From Hydrolagus affinis (taxonomy: Eukaryota), in contig JAAILG010000289.1 in assembly GCA_012026655.1 (NCBI GenBank), positions 1 through 64,000 on the forward strand: DNA of 64,000 bases. The letters are read 5' to 3'. The notes beneath the pieces were generated by a model. The model had not been told where the DNA came from. It did no database searches and saw only the letters and a program-made list of their open reading frames with translations. Within the stretch, counting starts at the first letter, position 1, and each line of letters starts with the position of its first letter. Positions 62,559-64,000 of the stretch are shown one piece after another. Both the position numbers and the translations under genes were made by a program.

Positions 62559-64000
62559 GGTGGTGGGGACTGGATGAAAGCGTTTTGCTCACACCTTCTG
62601 CACTGCACTATTTCCTGCTCCACTGTGTAAATAAACATAGATGAGAGCTGTTTGCAGAAGGACACTAAATTGCTTGAACATACAAGCTGTATTTACACAC
62701 ATACTATTTCCACACGAGGAACATTCACAAGTGGTTATTGTTTCATTTCTTGTTTTTTTTTGCTCTATAAATTGATTGAAACTGGGGGGAGGGGGGTTTA
62801 CTCGCCCAGATAATCCAAGTACCTCTGGGAGTCAGATCTGAATCCATCCCAGACTGGCAGAAGAATCACCCTGAACAATCTCTACAGGTTTCCGATGGTG
62901 GAGTCTGTCTTATGCTGACTACCAAATATAGCAACTACTATCAGACTTCAGTGACTTTGAACAGTAGTGACTGTCGTTACCTTTGGCCATTCACTTCACA
63001 GCTGTCTGTGGGGCATTGCTATGCACAGATGCACAGTAAATCCTACAAAGTGTTTTAACTGTCTCAATGACGTGATAAGGCACAAAATCAAATGCAAGGA
63101 GTAATATAAGCAAAGACTGCAGCCGATCTACACCAGCACACAGCAATTAGCTGAAAGACAATTTTTTTTGTGCTGTGAATTCTGAAATAACAACAACTTG
63201 CCTTTCATGCCATGTCCTGGAGCGCTTGACAATGGCAGAGTCTGACCGAGTAGGGGAAGAGGGAGGGCGGGATTTCAAAGTGGGGAGGAAGTGGACCAGG
63301 CAGAGGGATTGAGGGACAGAGTTCCAGACAGGGAGCCGAAGCTGGAGAAGTAGATTTGGAAATCGAAAGTGGAAATTGACCCCATGTCTGCAGATGACAT
63401 CGCCGACAGGGAACATATAGATAAGGAAAAGAAGGAGGCTGAGGATGGAGCCTTGGGTACCTCGCCACCAGCCAAACCCAAATTGCCAGCATTTTCTTGT
63501 TTTTATTCCAGATTTTATGCCAATATTGTCAGTTCTGACTAGATTTTTGTCATGAGCTGTTCTTAAGTGCCTTACAATGTAAACGAGGCATTCAATGCTG
63601 AATGGGATTCAGGTAGGGATTACAAGAACCCCATTGTTTATTGTGCTGCCCTCACAATCACACACTGAGTAATTTCTCTCTTTTCTCGGGGGCTAATTGC
63701 AGGTTGTAAAACGCTTTCTGTGAAGAGCACTCGGGGCACTGTGGAAATATTCAGGCGGAAATCCAGTCTTCCTTTATTTACTGCTTTGGGTGCAGAACGG
63801 GGCTACAGTTGCCATGGCGAGGAAGCAAAGGGTAAGCCAAACTTTTTTGTAGTTCCAATGCCTGGTGTGCAAACATAAAATGCAAATATGGCTGTTGTGC
63901 CCACGAACAAATACTATCTCACTTGGGAAAAGGAAGTTTAATTGGTTTCCTCATCCTCCTTGCTCCATGTTACCCAGCATTTTTTGACTGAGAGGATGGT

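Noticed and set aside
63808-63840. Plus-strand gccATGG...GGG|gtaagc as the first exon of a divergent gene
   Set aside because: Only about 6 codons, no CpG-island context, and no downstream exon can be tested at the window edge. The sequence is equally explained as an RFX X-box.

Overview
Vertebrate genomic DNA. The repeat content (L2 and CR1 LINE ends, Deu-domain SINEs, a Penelope-type terminal repeat) suggests a cartilaginous fish, possibly a chimaera; this is an inference. The main feature is one spliced gene on the minus strand. I traced 18 coding exons by hand (44159 down to 18366). All have GT-AG introns and consistent phases, and they sum to 3411 nt (1136 aa plus stop). The product is an ANKFN1 / Nmf9 / Wide-awake family protein with ankyrin repeats, an FN3 domain and the GLYLGYLK motif. 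It also has a C-terminal Ras-association-like domain ending in -TTV, which points to the ancestral 'ANKFN1-like' paralog rather than the mammalian-type copy. The rest is introns and flanks with many short retroposon 3' ends, two internally deleted pogo/Tigger elements, a tRNA-shaped relic, a decayed hammerhead-like motif, candidate enhancers and a 100-N gap. I found no clearly new biological system. The most open items are a degraded, exon-like coding cluster at about 48.5-52.0 kb, upstream RFX/forkhead/D-box motifs, and an intronic tail-to-tail L2/SINE hairpin. All assignments come from reading the sequence and recalled family knowledge; no searches were run.
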